Shown here in pieces: positions 27,627 through 37,466 of a stretch of 64,000 bases of DNA (the stretch's first letter is position 1; the number at the start of each line of letters is the position of its first letter). The stretch is from Nitrosopumilus sp. (GTDB lineage Archaea > Thermoproteota > Nitrososphaeria > Nitrososphaerales > Nitrosopumilaceae), in contig OZ242041.1 of the NCBI GenBank assembly GCA_965205215.1, positions 1,056,001 through 1,120,000 on the forward strand, read 5' to 3'. Under the pieces are notes generated by a model that was not told the origin of the DNA, did not search any database, and was given only the letters and a program-made list of their open reading frames with translations. The position numbers were made by a program, and so were the translations under genes.

Positions 27627-28877
27627 TTGAGCAAGGTAAAGGGCGGGGCCAAACTTGAGCGGCATGGCAAAACCTCGTACGAGTGGGCCAAATCTCACAT
27701 GCAGATACTTGACAATACCATATCCCGCCTCAAGAAGAGGGGCGACGGCAAGCCCCTCAGGGACGTTACGGTCGGACTGTGCCTGCACATCACAAAGGAG
27801 ACCTCCGTCCTGCTGATGGGCCTCAAGGGCCTGGGGGCCGAGGTGGCCTGCTGCGGGGGCAACCCGCTCACCACCCAGGACGACATTGCCACGTTTCTGG
27901 CATCGCAGGGGGTGCACACCTACGCGTGGAGCACCGAGACCCAGAAGGAGTACGACTGGTGCATCTCAAAGGTGTTGGGGCACAAGCCCTCCATACTGGT
28001 GGACGACGGGGCCGACATGAACATAATGGCGCACTTTGATCCGCGCTTTTCCAAACTTGACATAAAGGGGGCCACGGAGGAGACCACCGCGGGCGTCAAC
28101 CGCATACGCGCCGTGCAGAAGCAGGGCAAGCTGCGCTATCCGGTGATACTGGTAAACGAGGCCCATACAAAGCACCTCTTTGACAACCGCTACGGGACGG
28201 GACAGTCTACCATAGACGGCTACCTGCGGGCCATGAACCTGCTGATGGCATCCAAGCGCGTGGTGGTTGCCGGGTACGGCTGGGTCGGCAAGGGCGTGGC
28301 CGCCCGGTGCCGCGGCATGGGCTCGCGCGTGGTGGTGACGGAGGTCGACCCGGTAAGGGCCCTCGAGGCGTTCATGGACGGGTTCGACGTCGAGCCCATG
28401 TCAAAGGCGTGCAGGACGGGCCAGGTGTTCATAACCTGCACGGGCATGCGCGACGTCATCACGAGGGAGCACATAGACCGGATGCCGGACTCTGCCGTTA
28501 TGGGAAACGTGGGGCACTTTGACGTGGAGATTGACAGCGACTACCTACTGAACCGCTCCCGGTCGGTCCGGCAGGTCAGGCCCAGCCTCGACGAGTGCGT
28601 CCTGAAGAGCGGCAAAAAGGTCTATCTTGTGGGCAAGGGGCGCCTTGCAAACCTGGTCGCGGCAGAGGGGCACCCGCCGGAGGTGATGGCCCAGTCGTTC
28701 TCAAACCAGCTGAGCTCCGTAATGTACATACTGGAGAACCACCAGAACATGAAAAACGAGATACTAAACGTGCCCGAGTCGATAGACAAGCAGGTGGCCG
28801 TCGACGCGCTCGGCGCCCTGGGGGTCCGTATAGACAGGCTCACCAAGGAGCAGTCCCAGTACGCGGAGAGTTGGTAG
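27627..28877 (+). CDS. ahcY: Adenosylhomocysteinase
   Basis: 'CLHITKET', 'GATEETTAG', 'KHLFDNRYGTGQS', 'GYGWVGKG', 'GHPPEVM'; TTG 27627 fits TTTTATA at 27597-27604. Confidence 0.96.
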   Translation: MSKVKGGAKLERHGKTSYEWAKSHMQILDNTISRLKKRGDGKPLRDVTVGLCLHITKETSVLLMGLKGLGAEVACCGGNPLTTQDDIATFLASQGVHTYAWSTETQKEYDWCISKVLGHKPSILVDDGADMNIMAHFDPRFSKLDIKGATEETTAGVNRIRAVQKQGKLRYPVILVNEAHTKHLFDNRYGTGQSTIDGYLRAMNLLMASKRVVVAGYGWVGKGVAARCRGMGSRVVVTEVDPVRALEAFMDGFDVEPMSKACRTGQVFITCTGMRDVITREHIDRMPDSAVMGNVGHFDVEIDSDYLLNRSRSVRQVRPSLDECVLKSGKKVYLVGKGRLANLVAAEGHPPEVMAQSFSNQLSSVMYILENHQNMKNEILNVPESIDKQVAVDALGALGVRIDRLTKEQSQYAESW

Positions 28878-28908
28878 GCTTTTAACCAATGTGCCGCACA
28901 TCCAGTTC

Positions 28909-30759
28909 ATGAAATCGACTACAAGCGGCACGCCGCGCCGCAGGGCCATAATAACGAGCGCCCTCCCGTACGCAAACGGCGAGATACACCTAGGGCACGT
29001 CGCGTCCACGTACCTTCCGGCCGATGTCACGTGCCGCTACCTGAGGATGGCAGGTACGGAGGCGTATTATGTATGCGCGTCCGACGACTTTGGCACGCCC
29101 ATCCTGATACAGTCCGAGAAGGAGGGCGTAACGCCGCAGGAGTACGTGGCCGGGTGGAACAGGAGGGACAGGGAGGACTTTGAGGCGTTCGGCATCCGGT
29201 TTGACTGCTTTTCGCAGACCAGTTCGGAGCGCAACGTGGCGTTCGTCCAGGACGTGTTTACAAAGCTCGACGAGGCCGGGCACATATTCGAGCAGGACGT
29301 GGTGCAGTTTTACTGCGAATACGACTCAAAGTTCCTGCCCGACCGCTACGTCAGGGGCACGTGCCCCTACTGCGGGGCGCCCGACCAGTACTCTGACCTC
29401 TGCGAGGCCTGCGGCCGCGTCCCGGAGGAGATATCCGACCCAAAGTGCTCCATATGCGGGGCCGCCCCGACAAAGAGGCGCTCCACCCACGCGTTCTTCC
29501 GCCTGAGCAGCTTTGCAGGCCCGCTCTCCTCTTGGCTTGAGGGCAACGAGAACCTCCAGGCCGACGTCAAGCGGTACGTGCAGAACTGGATAACCTCCGG
29601 GCTCTCGGACTGGGACATCACACGCGACATCCCGTGGGGGGTGCCGGTGCCGCCGCGGCGTGACGGCGACGGCGGCGGAGCCCCCAGGGTCTTTTACGGC
29701 TGGTTTGACAACCATCTTGCGTACATATCGTCCGCGATGGAATTCCTCGAGTCGAGGGGAATGAACGGAAAAGAGTTCTGGAACTCGGCCGACATTTATC
29801 ATTTCATCGGCAAGGACATAGTATACCACCACTACCTGTTCCTCCCCGCGATGAGGCTGGGCATAAACTCCGAGTTCAAGCTGCCCGACTATGTCCCGAC
29901 GCGCGGGCACCTGACGCTGCAGTCAAAAAAGATCTCAAAGAGCCGCAACTGGTACATCGGGCTGCGCGAGTTTCTCCAGCATTACCCGGCCGACTATCTC
30001 CGGTACTATCTGGTGGCCATAAACCCGTACTCGCAGGACGACCTGAATTTCGACTGGGACGAGTTTGCGGCCAGGATAAACGCAGAGCTCATCGGGAATC
30101 TGGGCAACCTGGTCAACAGGGCGCTCGGGTTCACCACCAAGAAGTTCGGCGGCGCGGTGCCGGAGCCCGGCCCGTTCGACGACATGGATGAGGAGGCCGC
30201 GTCCCGGATCGCCAAACTTGCGGCCGAGACCGGCGCGCTGATGGACCAGAACCACCTTGACAGGGCGCTCAAGAAGATAATGGCATTCTCATCACACTTC
30301 AACCAGTACTTTCAGCACAAGGAACCGTGGAAGGCCGTCCCCAAGCAGGGATCCGAGGAGGTGGCGGATGCGGGGGCATCTGCAGACGCGGCAGCAGCGG
30401 CAGGCAGTATGCAGTCTGCCCAGACGTGCATGTACCTGTCGATCAACGCGGTGAGATCGATTGCAGTGACGGTGTGTCCGTTCCTACCAGAGTCGGCCGT
30501 GCGCATATGGGGCCAGCTTGGGCTTGACGGCAGCCCCGAGGACTCTGCGTGGGACGGCGCGTCGGACATGCTCATAAAGCCAGGCCACCGGCTCGGCTCC
30601 GTCTCCCCCCTCTTTGCGCGCGTCGAGGACGACGAGATCAAGAGGCACAAGGAGCAGCTTGGGCGCTTTGATGATGATGATTCTGCAACCGATCCCGCCA
30701 CCGATCCCGGGGGGAACCGCAGCGGCAAAGACGGCAACCACGCGTGCGAACCGCAATGA
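28909..30759 (+). CDS. metG: Methionine--tRNA ligase
   Basis: 'TSALPYANGEIHLGH', Zn knuckles CPYC/CEAC/CSIC, 'FIGKDIVYHH', KISKS. Confidence 0.97.
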   Translation: MKSTTSGTPRRRAIITSALPYANGEIHLGHVASTYLPADVTCRYLRMAGTEAYYVCASDDFGTPILIQSEKEGVTPQEYVAGWNRRDREDFEAFGIRFDCFSQTSSERNVAFVQDVFTKLDEAGHIFEQDVVQFYCEYDSKFLPDRYVRGTCPYCGAPDQYSDLCEACGRVPEEISDPKCSICGAAPTKRRSTHAFFRLSSFAGPLSSWLEGNENLQADVKRYVQNWITSGLSDWDITRDIPWGVPVPPRRDGDGGGAPRVFYGWFDNHLAYISSAMEFLESRGMNGKEFWNSADIYHFIGKDIVYHHYLFLPAMRLGINSEFKLPDYVPTRGHLTLQSKKISKSRNWYIGLREFLQHYPADYLRYYLVAINPYSQDDLNFDWDEFAARINAELIGNLGNLVNRALGFTTKKFGGAVPEPGPFDDMDEEAASRIAKLAAETGALMDQNHLDRALKKIMAFSSHFNQYFQHKEPWKAVPKQGSEEVADAGASADAAAAAGSMQSAQTCMYLSINAVRSIAVTVCPFLPESAVRIWGQLGLDGSPEDSAWDGASDMLIKPGHRLGSVSPLFARVEDDEIKRHKEQLGRFDDDDSATDPATDPGGNRSGKDGNHACEPQ

Positions 30760-31685
30760 CTCCCAGACACGAACCCCTGCAAAACGCCGTGCGCGCGCAC
30801 CGCGTACCGCGAATCACCACGCGCGGCTGTTACAATTTGGTTGACGGCAGGTCCCTGCGCTCGGGCGTGACGTACCGGCTGTACCCGCGCCGCTACTTTG
30901 AGGACACAATTCGCGGCTCGCCCGAACTTGTCGTAATGGTACACGGGCTTCGCAACGACGACCGGGGCGCCTTGGAGAAGGTGGTGATTGCAAGGGACAT
31001 GCTCGCCCGGCTGGGCCGCGGCGCCCGAAAAGACACGCAGCTGCCCCCCGTGGTGGGGTTCAGCTATGACTCGAACACGCTGGGCGCGCACGTCAGGAAG
31101 CATCAGCGCAGGGCCCTTGAGGCCGGCAGGCGCATTGCAAGGGCAAACGGCAGGCACCTTGCCAAGTTTGTAACTGACTTCAAGCGGGATCGGGCAAACC
31201 TTGACACAAGAGTGCGGCTCCTCGGGCACTCGCTTGGCTCGGAGGTGATATTCCATTGTGTGATGCACCTGGCCTACGGCCCGCTGGGAGGCCCTCCTGC
31301 CGCCTCTGCTGCCGCCGGACTGCGCCCCTACTCGCGCGGAATCATAGAAAGCGTGCACCTCTTCGGCTCGTCCCTGCCTGCGGATGTGCAAGATGGCGCG
31401 GCGGCGCGACTCGCGATAGACCACGCCGTACGCGACAGGCTGGTAAACTGCTACGCCCCGTCCGACGACGTCCTGCTCCAGGCCGAATCCGAGGAGTTCT
31501 TCCCCGGCGGCGTCGGGCCGCTGGGCCTGCGCGGCGCCGCCTCCCGCTCCGCGGCGCTCCGCGGCTCGCCGCGCGGCCGCAGAAGGGAGGCGCCGGTTAC
31601 GGCCTCCAAGTACCGACAGAGGCTGCTACACCCTGCAAACCACCGGTTTGCAAGCTATGCCGACGCCCTGCAGTCGTTCCCGTAA
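30756..31685 (+). CDS. Alpha/beta hydrolase (DUF726/DUF900-like)
   Basis: 'MVHGL', nucleophile elbow 'GHSLG', 'NCYAPSDDVL', C-terminal His. Confidence 0.8.
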   Translation: MTPRHEPLQNAVRAHRVPRITTRGCYNLVDGRSLRSGVTYRLYPRRYFEDTIRGSPELVVMVHGLRNDDRGALEKVVIARDMLARLGRGARKDTQLPPVVGFSYDSNTLGAHVRKHQRRALEAGRRIARANGRHLAKFVTDFKRDRANLDTRVRLLGHSLGSEVIFHCVMHLAYGPLGGPPAASAAAGLRPYSRGIIESVHLFGSSLPADVQDGAAARLAIDHAVRDRLVNCYAPSDDVLLQAESEEFFPGGVGPLGLRGAASRSAALRGSPRGRRREAPVTASKYRQRLLHPANHRFASYADALQSFP

Positions 31686-31725
31686 CGATCGGCTGACTCT
31701 TAAGGGCACGTCGCGCCGGCCCTGC

Positions 31726-32799
31726 ATGGCTTCTGGCAAACGGGAGGGGCCGGCGTCGGTCAACTTTTGCGTCCTGGGCCGCAAGGAGACCGCGCTAGAG
31801 TTCGGCAAGGCGGGCACGTCCTCCGACATCACCATACACGACAAAAAGGCGCGCGACATCGTAAGGACGTGGGTGGTGGCAACAGGGTTTCCAGAAAAGA
31901 TCCCCCCCTTGTTCCAGGCCATCTTGATGTCAGAGTACGTGATCTTTCATGTCGATGCGCTGGACCGCTTTACGGGAGAGCAGATCGTCGCCCTGGACAC
32001 CCTCGGCAGAAAGGACGGCATACTGTGCCACACGTACGATGTCGACGAGGGCAGGCTGGACTCCATGATAAGGGGGACCGTAGTTGAGAACTACAGGAGG
32101 GTGGACGCGTCGGAGCTGGCGCAGGTGGTGGACGCGCTGCCTCCACTGGCCGGGGACCCTTCAGCAGGCTCAGAGGGGGCGCACGGGCGGCCCGCCGAGG
32201 TTGAGGTAGACCACTCGTTTGACGTAAAGGGGGTGGGGGCGGTAATACTCGGCAGGGTGACATCCGGCTCCGTAAACCAATATGACACGCTGACGCTGCA
32301 TCCGTCCGGCTCCGAGGCGCTGGTAAAGTCCATACAGATGCACGATGATCCCGTCGGCACTGCGTCATGCCCCGCACGCGTGGGGCTGGCAGTAAAGGGC
32401 CCAAAGCCCGAGGACGTGCGGCGCGGCGACATCCTGTCGGCGGCCGGCAACGACGCGATTGTAGACTCTACGGATCTGGTGCTGGACTACACGCCGAACC
32501 GGTTCTACAAGGCCGGGCTGTCCGAAAAGCAGGGGTGCATAGTGTCGGTGGGCCTGCAGGCAAGGGCCGCGACGGTCTCGAGCATATCGCGTGATGGCGG
32601 TTCTAGCGGCCATGCGGGTGACGGCGGCGGTGACGGCGGCGGCGACGGCGGCGGCGGCCGCAACCACCAGGGCCCCTGCAGGATCTCCCTGAGCCTTGCA
32701 AAGCCGGTCACGTACCACCATGGCGACACGGCAGTCATCCTCAGGCCGGAGGCCGAGCCCATCCGCATTGCCGGCTCGGGGCGCATAGTCCCCCGGTGA
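31726..32799 (+). CDS. Archaeal SelB/EF-Tu-like protein with degenerate G domain
   Basis: EF-Tu domain II 'VDHSFDVKGVGAVILG', 'VKSIQMHD', 'RVGLAVKG...VRRGD'; 'GKAGTSSDIT'. Confidence 0.85.
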   Translation: MASGKREGPASVNFCVLGRKETALEFGKAGTSSDITIHDKKARDIVRTWVVATGFPEKIPPLFQAILMSEYVIFHVDALDRFTGEQIVALDTLGRKDGILCHTYDVDEGRLDSMIRGTVVENYRRVDASELAQVVDALPPLAGDPSAGSEGAHGRPAEVEVDHSFDVKGVGAVILGRVTSGSVNQYDTLTLHPSGSEALVKSIQMHDDPVGTASCPARVGLAVKGPKPEDVRRGDILSAAGNDAIVDSTDLVLDYTPNRFYKAGLSEKQGCIVSVGLQARAATVSSISRDGGSSGHAGDGGGDGGGDGGGGRNHQGPCRISLSLAKPVTYHHGDTAVILRPEAEPIRIAGSGRIVPR

Positions 32800-32862
32800 C
32801 CGGCCGCGCGGCCGCTTGCAATGCCTAAAATAGCATGTATCCTTATCATACCCATGGGAGGC

Positions 32863-33438
32863 ATGCAGCCCCGCAGGCTTACAGTCGGCATGACCGGAAG
32901 CACGGGCGCCATATACGGAATCAGGCTGCTGGAGGTGCTCCGGGATCTCGGGGTTGAGACGCACCTCGTAATGTCCGAGTGGGCCTCCAAGTGCGTCTCG
33001 ATGGAGACTGATTATTCAACATCTGATGTAAAGGCCCTTGCCACCGCCACGTCCGATGACGCCAACATGGCATCTGCGATATCAAGCGGGACGCACATTA
33101 CAGACGGCATGATAGTGGCCCCGTGCAGCATGAAGACCGCGTCTGCAGTCGCGCACGGGTATGACGACACCCTGATTGCAAGGGCGGCCGGCGTCACGAT
33201 AAAGGAGTGCCGGAAGCTGGTACTGGTTGCAAGGGAGGCGCCACTGTCGGCCATCCACCTTGAGAACCTGCTAAAGCTGGCGCGGCTCGGGGTTGTGATT
33301 CTCCCGCCCGTCACGGAGTTCTACACCAAGCCCGGCGCCATTCAGGACATGGTAGACCATACGGTCGGCAAGTGCTTGGACCAGTTCGGGATAGAGCACG
33401 AGCTGTATGTCAGGTGGGGGACGCCACCGCGGGTGTGA
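32863..33438 (+). CDS. ubiX: Flavin prenyltransferase
   Basis: 'GMTGSTGAIYG', 'ISSG', 'APCSMKT', 'RAAGVTIKE.RKLVL..REAPL..IHLEN'. Confidence 0.95.
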   Translation: MQPRRLTVGMTGSTGAIYGIRLLEVLRDLGVETHLVMSEWASKCVSMETDYSTSDVKALATATSDDANMASAISSGTHITDGMIVAPCSMKTASAVAHGYDDTLIARAAGVTIKECRKLVLVAREAPLSAIHLENLLKLARLGVVILPPVTEFYTKPGAIQDMVDHTVGKCLDQFGIEHELYVRWGTPPRV

Positions 33439-33442
33439 CGGC

Positions 33443-33961
33443 ATGCCGCGGTTCTCGCTGACCACCGTTGCAAGTGCCGGGCTCGAGTCCACGTATGCGA
33501 CGGTCTGCAACCCGGGGTCGTACCAGGACCTGATACCGCACCACTATCCGTCGGTCCGTGTAATGTCGGTCCGGGGCGACACCTCGGTTGCCGAGGAGCA
33601 CGTCGTGCTGGACGGGCGTGAGCTGGTGCTGATGGCAAAGCACGTGGCGACGCCGCCGTACAGGCACGAGACGTTCGTGATCGGGGGCGACGCCAAGGGC
33701 TCGCACATCGTACACGAGCTTGCAGGCGCGGCGAGGCACGCAGAGTCCGACCCGGGCGCATCGGCCGCGCACCTCACAAGGCCCCGTACTGTAATCACCA
33801 CCGCAGTCGAACTGAGGACGGGCCGCCTCGGCATGCCCTCGTGGCTGAGGGGCGGCCGTGACTCGCTTGAGGAGTCCTTTGCGCAGATGATGGCGGAGCT
33901 CGCGCGGGCCGCAGAGGAGGAAGAAGACAGCGGCAGCAGCAGTAGCAGCGACAGCTCATGA
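33443..33961 (+). CDS. SRPBCC/polyketide cyclase-like protein
   Basis: START-like pattern 'YPSVRVMSVRGD..VAEEH', 'FVIGGDAKGSHI'. Confidence 0.65.
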   Translation: MPRFSLTTVASAGLESTYATVCNPGSYQDLIPHHYPSVRVMSVRGDTSVAEEHVVLDGRELVLMAKHVATPPYRHETFVIGGDAKGSHIVHELAGAARHAESDPGASAAHLTRPRTVITTAVELRTGRLGMPSWLRGGRDSLEESFAQMMAELARAAEEEEDSGSSSSSDSS

Positions 33962-34127
33962 TCCCTGCCTACTCACCCTCTGTCCGTGGGTTCCATGTCG
34001 CGCAGTCTTTTGGAATGCCGCGTCGGACTATAATTCCAGTTTGATCCGATGCCGCCCACGGCCGACTATAACGACTCGATACTGAAGCGATAACGGCAGA
34101 GTGGCAATGGTGGCGATGGCGGCAGGA

Positions 34128-34334
34128 TTACTGCTTTTGTTCCTTGTCCTTGAAGTCGTTTAGCTCCTTTTCGCCCTCTATCTTGCCCTTTTCAAACTCG
34201 CCCTTGGCTCTTCCCATAGTCTTTGCAAGCTCCGGTATCTTCTTTGCCCCAAAGATGAGCACCACCACGACGATGACCAGTATTATCCACTCTTGTCCTG
34301 CTATGAATCCGGCGAGGCCTGCCAGTACCGACAT
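34128..34334 (-). CDS. tatA: Twin-arginine translocase TatA
   Basis: 'EWIILVIVVVVLIFGAKKIPELAKTMGRAKGEF'. Confidence 0.95.
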   Translation of the reverse strand: MSVLAGLAGFIAGQEWIILVIVVVVLIFGAKKIPELAKTMGRAKGEFEKGKIEGEKELNDFKDKEQKQ

Positions 34335-34481
34335 GCAATACATTGGCAGTTTTTGGATTTAAGTGTTCGATTTTTGGGTCCGGGGGGCCGTGCCTGCGGT
34401 GCCGCCGGCCGCCGCGCGGCCGGGGCAGACAGGCCGACGCAGGCTTGTCCCTCACCGGAGCCGCTGCACGTGCACGCGCGG

Positions 34482-35306
34482 TCATACTGCCGCGTCTGGG
34501 CTGGCGCTCTGTGTCCTTGCCCTGCGCATGATGAACGCGGTTCCGGCCGCGTACAGCGCTATCATCGGGGCCGCGATGAACCACATAGTAACGCCGCTGC
34601 CGTCGGGCGTGATTACGGCCCCGAATACGACGATGGCCACTATGGCATACCTTGCATTGCGCTTCCAAAAGTCCGGCGAGACCATCCCCGACATCGTGGC
34701 CGCGTACATCGCAAGCGGGAGCTGGAACGATATGCCAAAGGCGATCAGGAACTGCAACACAAACGTCACAAAGTCTATCACGTTCAGGAACGTGACCAGC
34801 CCGGCCGACTCGCCGTACCTGTACAGAAAGTCCAGTATGTACGGCACCACCATATAGTACGAGAATATGCAGCCCGTCGCAAACAGTCCTATTGCGGGAA
34901 GCGATATCGCCCTGCTGACGTGTATCTCCCTCTCCTCCAGGGCGGGTCTTATGAACGCGGCCGCCTCGCGCACTATGAGGGGCATGGAGGCCGCGACCCC
35001 GACGAGCGCAGCTATGTATATCTGGGCAAAGAACGCCTCGCCCGGGGCCGTCTGTATGAGCTGGACCGTATCGGGTACCAGGGCGTCCCTCAGGTGCCCG
35101 GTAATCTGGGCCGCGATGTTGTCAAGCGGCTGCGGCGCGGGGTAATACAGTGTTATCGTGCCGCCGTCCGCGCCGACGGCGGCCTGGTACGGCTCGATGT
35201 GAAACGTGAGTATGAACGTCGTGATTATCGCCACCGCCAGCACGGCGCGGACGGCGCGCTTGCGCAGCTCCTCTGCGTGTTCCCCGAACCCCTCAAGGCC
35301 TGACAT
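34482..35306 (-). CDS. tatC: Twin-arginine translocase TatC
   Basis: 'EHAEELRKR', 'FIRPAL', 'FGISFQLP', 'AVITPDG'. Confidence 0.96.
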   Translation of the reverse strand: MSGLEGFGEHAEELRKRAVRAVLAVAIITTFILTFHIEPYQAAVGADGGTITLYYPAPQPLDNIAAQITGHLRDALVPDTVQLIQTAPGEAFFAQIYIAALVGVAASMPLIVREAAAFIRPALEEREIHVSRAISLPAIGLFATGCIFSYYMVVPYILDFLYRYGESAGLVTFLNVIDFVTFVLQFLIAFGISFQLPLAMYAATMSGMVSPDFWKRNARYAIVAIVVFGAVITPDGSGVTMWFIAAPMIALYAAGTAFIMRRARTQSASPDAAV

Positions 35307-35340
35307 GATCGTGACTATACTCGCACCAGAGTAATAATGA

Positions 35341-35808
35341 TTATGTGGGAACCGGCAGCAGCTTTGCCTCTGGCAGACCCGCGTCCTTCAGCTCCTCCTG
35401 GCTGGGCCCCTCAAACTCGAGCGATATGACTGCCTTTGCATTAAACTCCGACTCCATGTCGGACGCCAGCCGCCCAATCTCTGACGGCGCGTACGTCTCG
35501 TCTGAGCCCGACAGGAATATCCTCTCGCTCTTCTCCATGGGCTTGCCGCCGAACCTCTTTTGCAGGAACGACGTGATGGACTGCAGCTCGTCCCTCCCTA
35601 TGTTGTTGTGGTAATAGCAGACTCCCTTTATGGACTCATAGTCATACGGCGTCCCGTTCCTGTACTGAAAGACGCCGATGAACCTGGCCTCGTCTTCTGG
35701 CTGCCTCACGCATTTGATCTCCCAGTTGAGCAGCTTGGACTCGTCGTACTTGAACTCGGACATCTCGCCTGCCTCGAGCTTCCAGTACCTTGATCTGTTC
35801 CTTGCCAT
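35341..35808 (-). CDS. Conserved hypothetical protein
   Basis: Globular ORF; TTTATA about 25 nt upstream of ATG 35808. Confidence 0.75.
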   Translation of the reverse strand: MARNRSRYWKLEAGEMSEFKYDESKLLNWEIKCVRQPEDEARFIGVFQYRNGTPYDYESIKGVCYYHNNIGRDELQSITSFLQKRFGGKPMEKSERIFLSGSDETYAPSEIGRLASDMESEFNAKAVISLEFEGPSQEELKDAGLPEAKLLPVPT

Positions 35809-36042
35809 TGCCGTGGGGGCGCGGTGCCCGTATAAATTCCAACTTGATGGGCGTGCGTAAGAGTTACCCACTCCCCCTCCCGGTACGCGCCTCGACTGGC
35901 AGGTTTCTTATTCAGACGTACACGATTCTAGTAGGGGGTGTCATACGTCGGCATTCCAATTCGTGAACGTGCCTCTTCCGTGCTCCTACATGCCCCGTCC
36001 CGGTGAACTGCTGCCATGTCCTACGGATATCATATAGAAGGA

Positions 36043-36318
36043 TCAGTCTTTGCCGTAGACTGACTTGTGATCTCCTACCACCACCAGCAGGATTATCTTT
36101 TGCCAGTTGATGACCTTGTAGATCAGCCGGTACGAGCGCCCAAGCTCATATGCAAGGTATCCCTTGAACCTGCCTTTTTTTGGAATGCCTGCCTCTGCGG
36201 GATTTTCCGATTTTGCAAGGTGTAGTATGGCCTCGTCTACCCTGCTTTGTAGCTGGGACGGCAGTTTTCTGTAGCTGCTGACAAACAGGCCAGTTCGCTC
36301 TATGCGCCACAATGTCAT
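36043..36318 (-). CDS. RelE/ParE-family toxin
   Basis: 91 aa, basic; 'F..SYRKLP', 'YRLIYKV....IILLVVVGDHKSVY'. Confidence 0.88.
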   Translation of the reverse strand: MTLWRIERTGLFVSSYRKLPSQLQSRVDEAILHLAKSENPAEAGIPKKGRFKGYLAYELGRSYRLIYKVINWQKIILLVVVGDHKSVYGKD

Positions 36319-36458
36319 TCAGACCTGTGAAGATCTTTGATCAGCGCTTCGGCCGTTTCAAATGACTTTGGCCGGTCCTTCCCGGATTCGTATTGTTCTA
36401 TTGCATGTTCTTCGTTTGGCCACAAGCTGTCATCTGATGCCTGTTTTGTCTCTGACAT
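36315..36458 (-). CDS. Putative antitoxin (47 aa), not in the ORF track
   Basis: MSETKQASDDSLWPNEEHAIEQYESGKDRPKSFETAEALIKDLHRSE*; acidic; ATGA overlap with toxin; GGAGGT upstream. Confidence 0.8.
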   Translation of the reverse strand: MSETKQASDDSLWPNEEHAIEQYESGKDRPKSFETAEALIKDLHRSE

Positions 36459-37058
36459 GCATTACGATACCTCCAATTGTTTTTAAAACTGTCTGTGCCT
36501 TCGGTGCATGAATTCGCGTTCTCCTAAAGTCCGGCGTTGATTCTGCTCGTGACATTGCACGCAGTGCATCTGAACCCATCCTTCAATCGGGGTCACTACC
36601 CGGCATGGCATCGGGTTCAAAATAGTCTGCCAGGACCCCCTTGTCGACGCGGGCATGAAGGCCTGCGGCATATTCATGGCACGCCTGCTGGCCTGGGACG
36701 GCTGGGGGCACAATCTGACAGAAATGACTGCAAGACAGTCATGCCCGGCTAGGCTGGGTGCCATCTACGGTCGTAGGATCTGTATGTTACGGGGGTGGGG
36801 GAGAGAGGGGGAGGGCGTTGCCTGTTACGCGCACGCAAGCGGGCGCAGGATGCTAGACGGCCGGTTGGTGAACGTCCCCGGTGTGCCGTCATGCTGTGCC
36901 GTCATGCTGTGCTTGCGCGGAGCCTTCCAGTTTTGCGCCACGGGGCCTGGATGCTGCAGCATTTTCTTGAATTTTTCCGCGGCACGCTGTCGTCACACTG
37001 GCCCAACTGCCGCGCGCCGCCTCGATAGGTAGATAATAGACAAGTTCCGCGCCGTGCC

Positions 37059-37385
37059 ATGCGGAGGTTCACCGTTACGGTCGTAATTGAGAACAAGCGG
37101 GGCCTCAGCGACCCTGAGGGCGAGACCATACTCCGGGATCTGGTACTCAAGGAGGGGCGGGACGAAGCGAGCGGAGGCGGCGCCAGCAGCAGTAATGGCA
37201 ACAACGAAAGCGGAAACAACGGCTGCCGCATATCCGAAATCAGGACCGCGAAGATGCTGCGCATGACAGTCGATTCCCGGGATGCCGAGTCTGCCGTACG
37301 GGACGTCCGCAAGGTGTGCGACGCGCTGCACCTGTACAACCCCATTGTCAGTATGGTGGACGTAACGGCCGAGCCAATCCCGTGA
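37059..37385 (+). CDS. purS: FGAM synthase subunit PurS
   Basis: 'K.GLSDPEGETI', 'LYNPIV'; low-complexity insert in the middle. Confidence 0.92.
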   Translation: MRRFTVTVVIENKRGLSDPEGETILRDLVLKEGRDEASGGGASSSNGNNESGNNGCRISEIRTAKMLRMTVDSRDAESAVRDVRKVCDALHLYNPIVSMVDVTAEPIP

Positions 37386-37466
37386 GCAGGCCGAGCCGCC
37401 GCCGTGTACTGTGATCCTCTGCACGCGCCTGCGACAGAATAAATACGCCTCTGACGTTTGCGCCTC

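Noticed and set aside
34019-34071. TCGGACTATAA-TTCCAG-TTTGATCCGAT, weakly dif-like, with a second GACTATAA
   Set aside because: Right arm lacks TTAT and matches the 53.7-kb sites poorly; better explained as a hairpin between convergent genes
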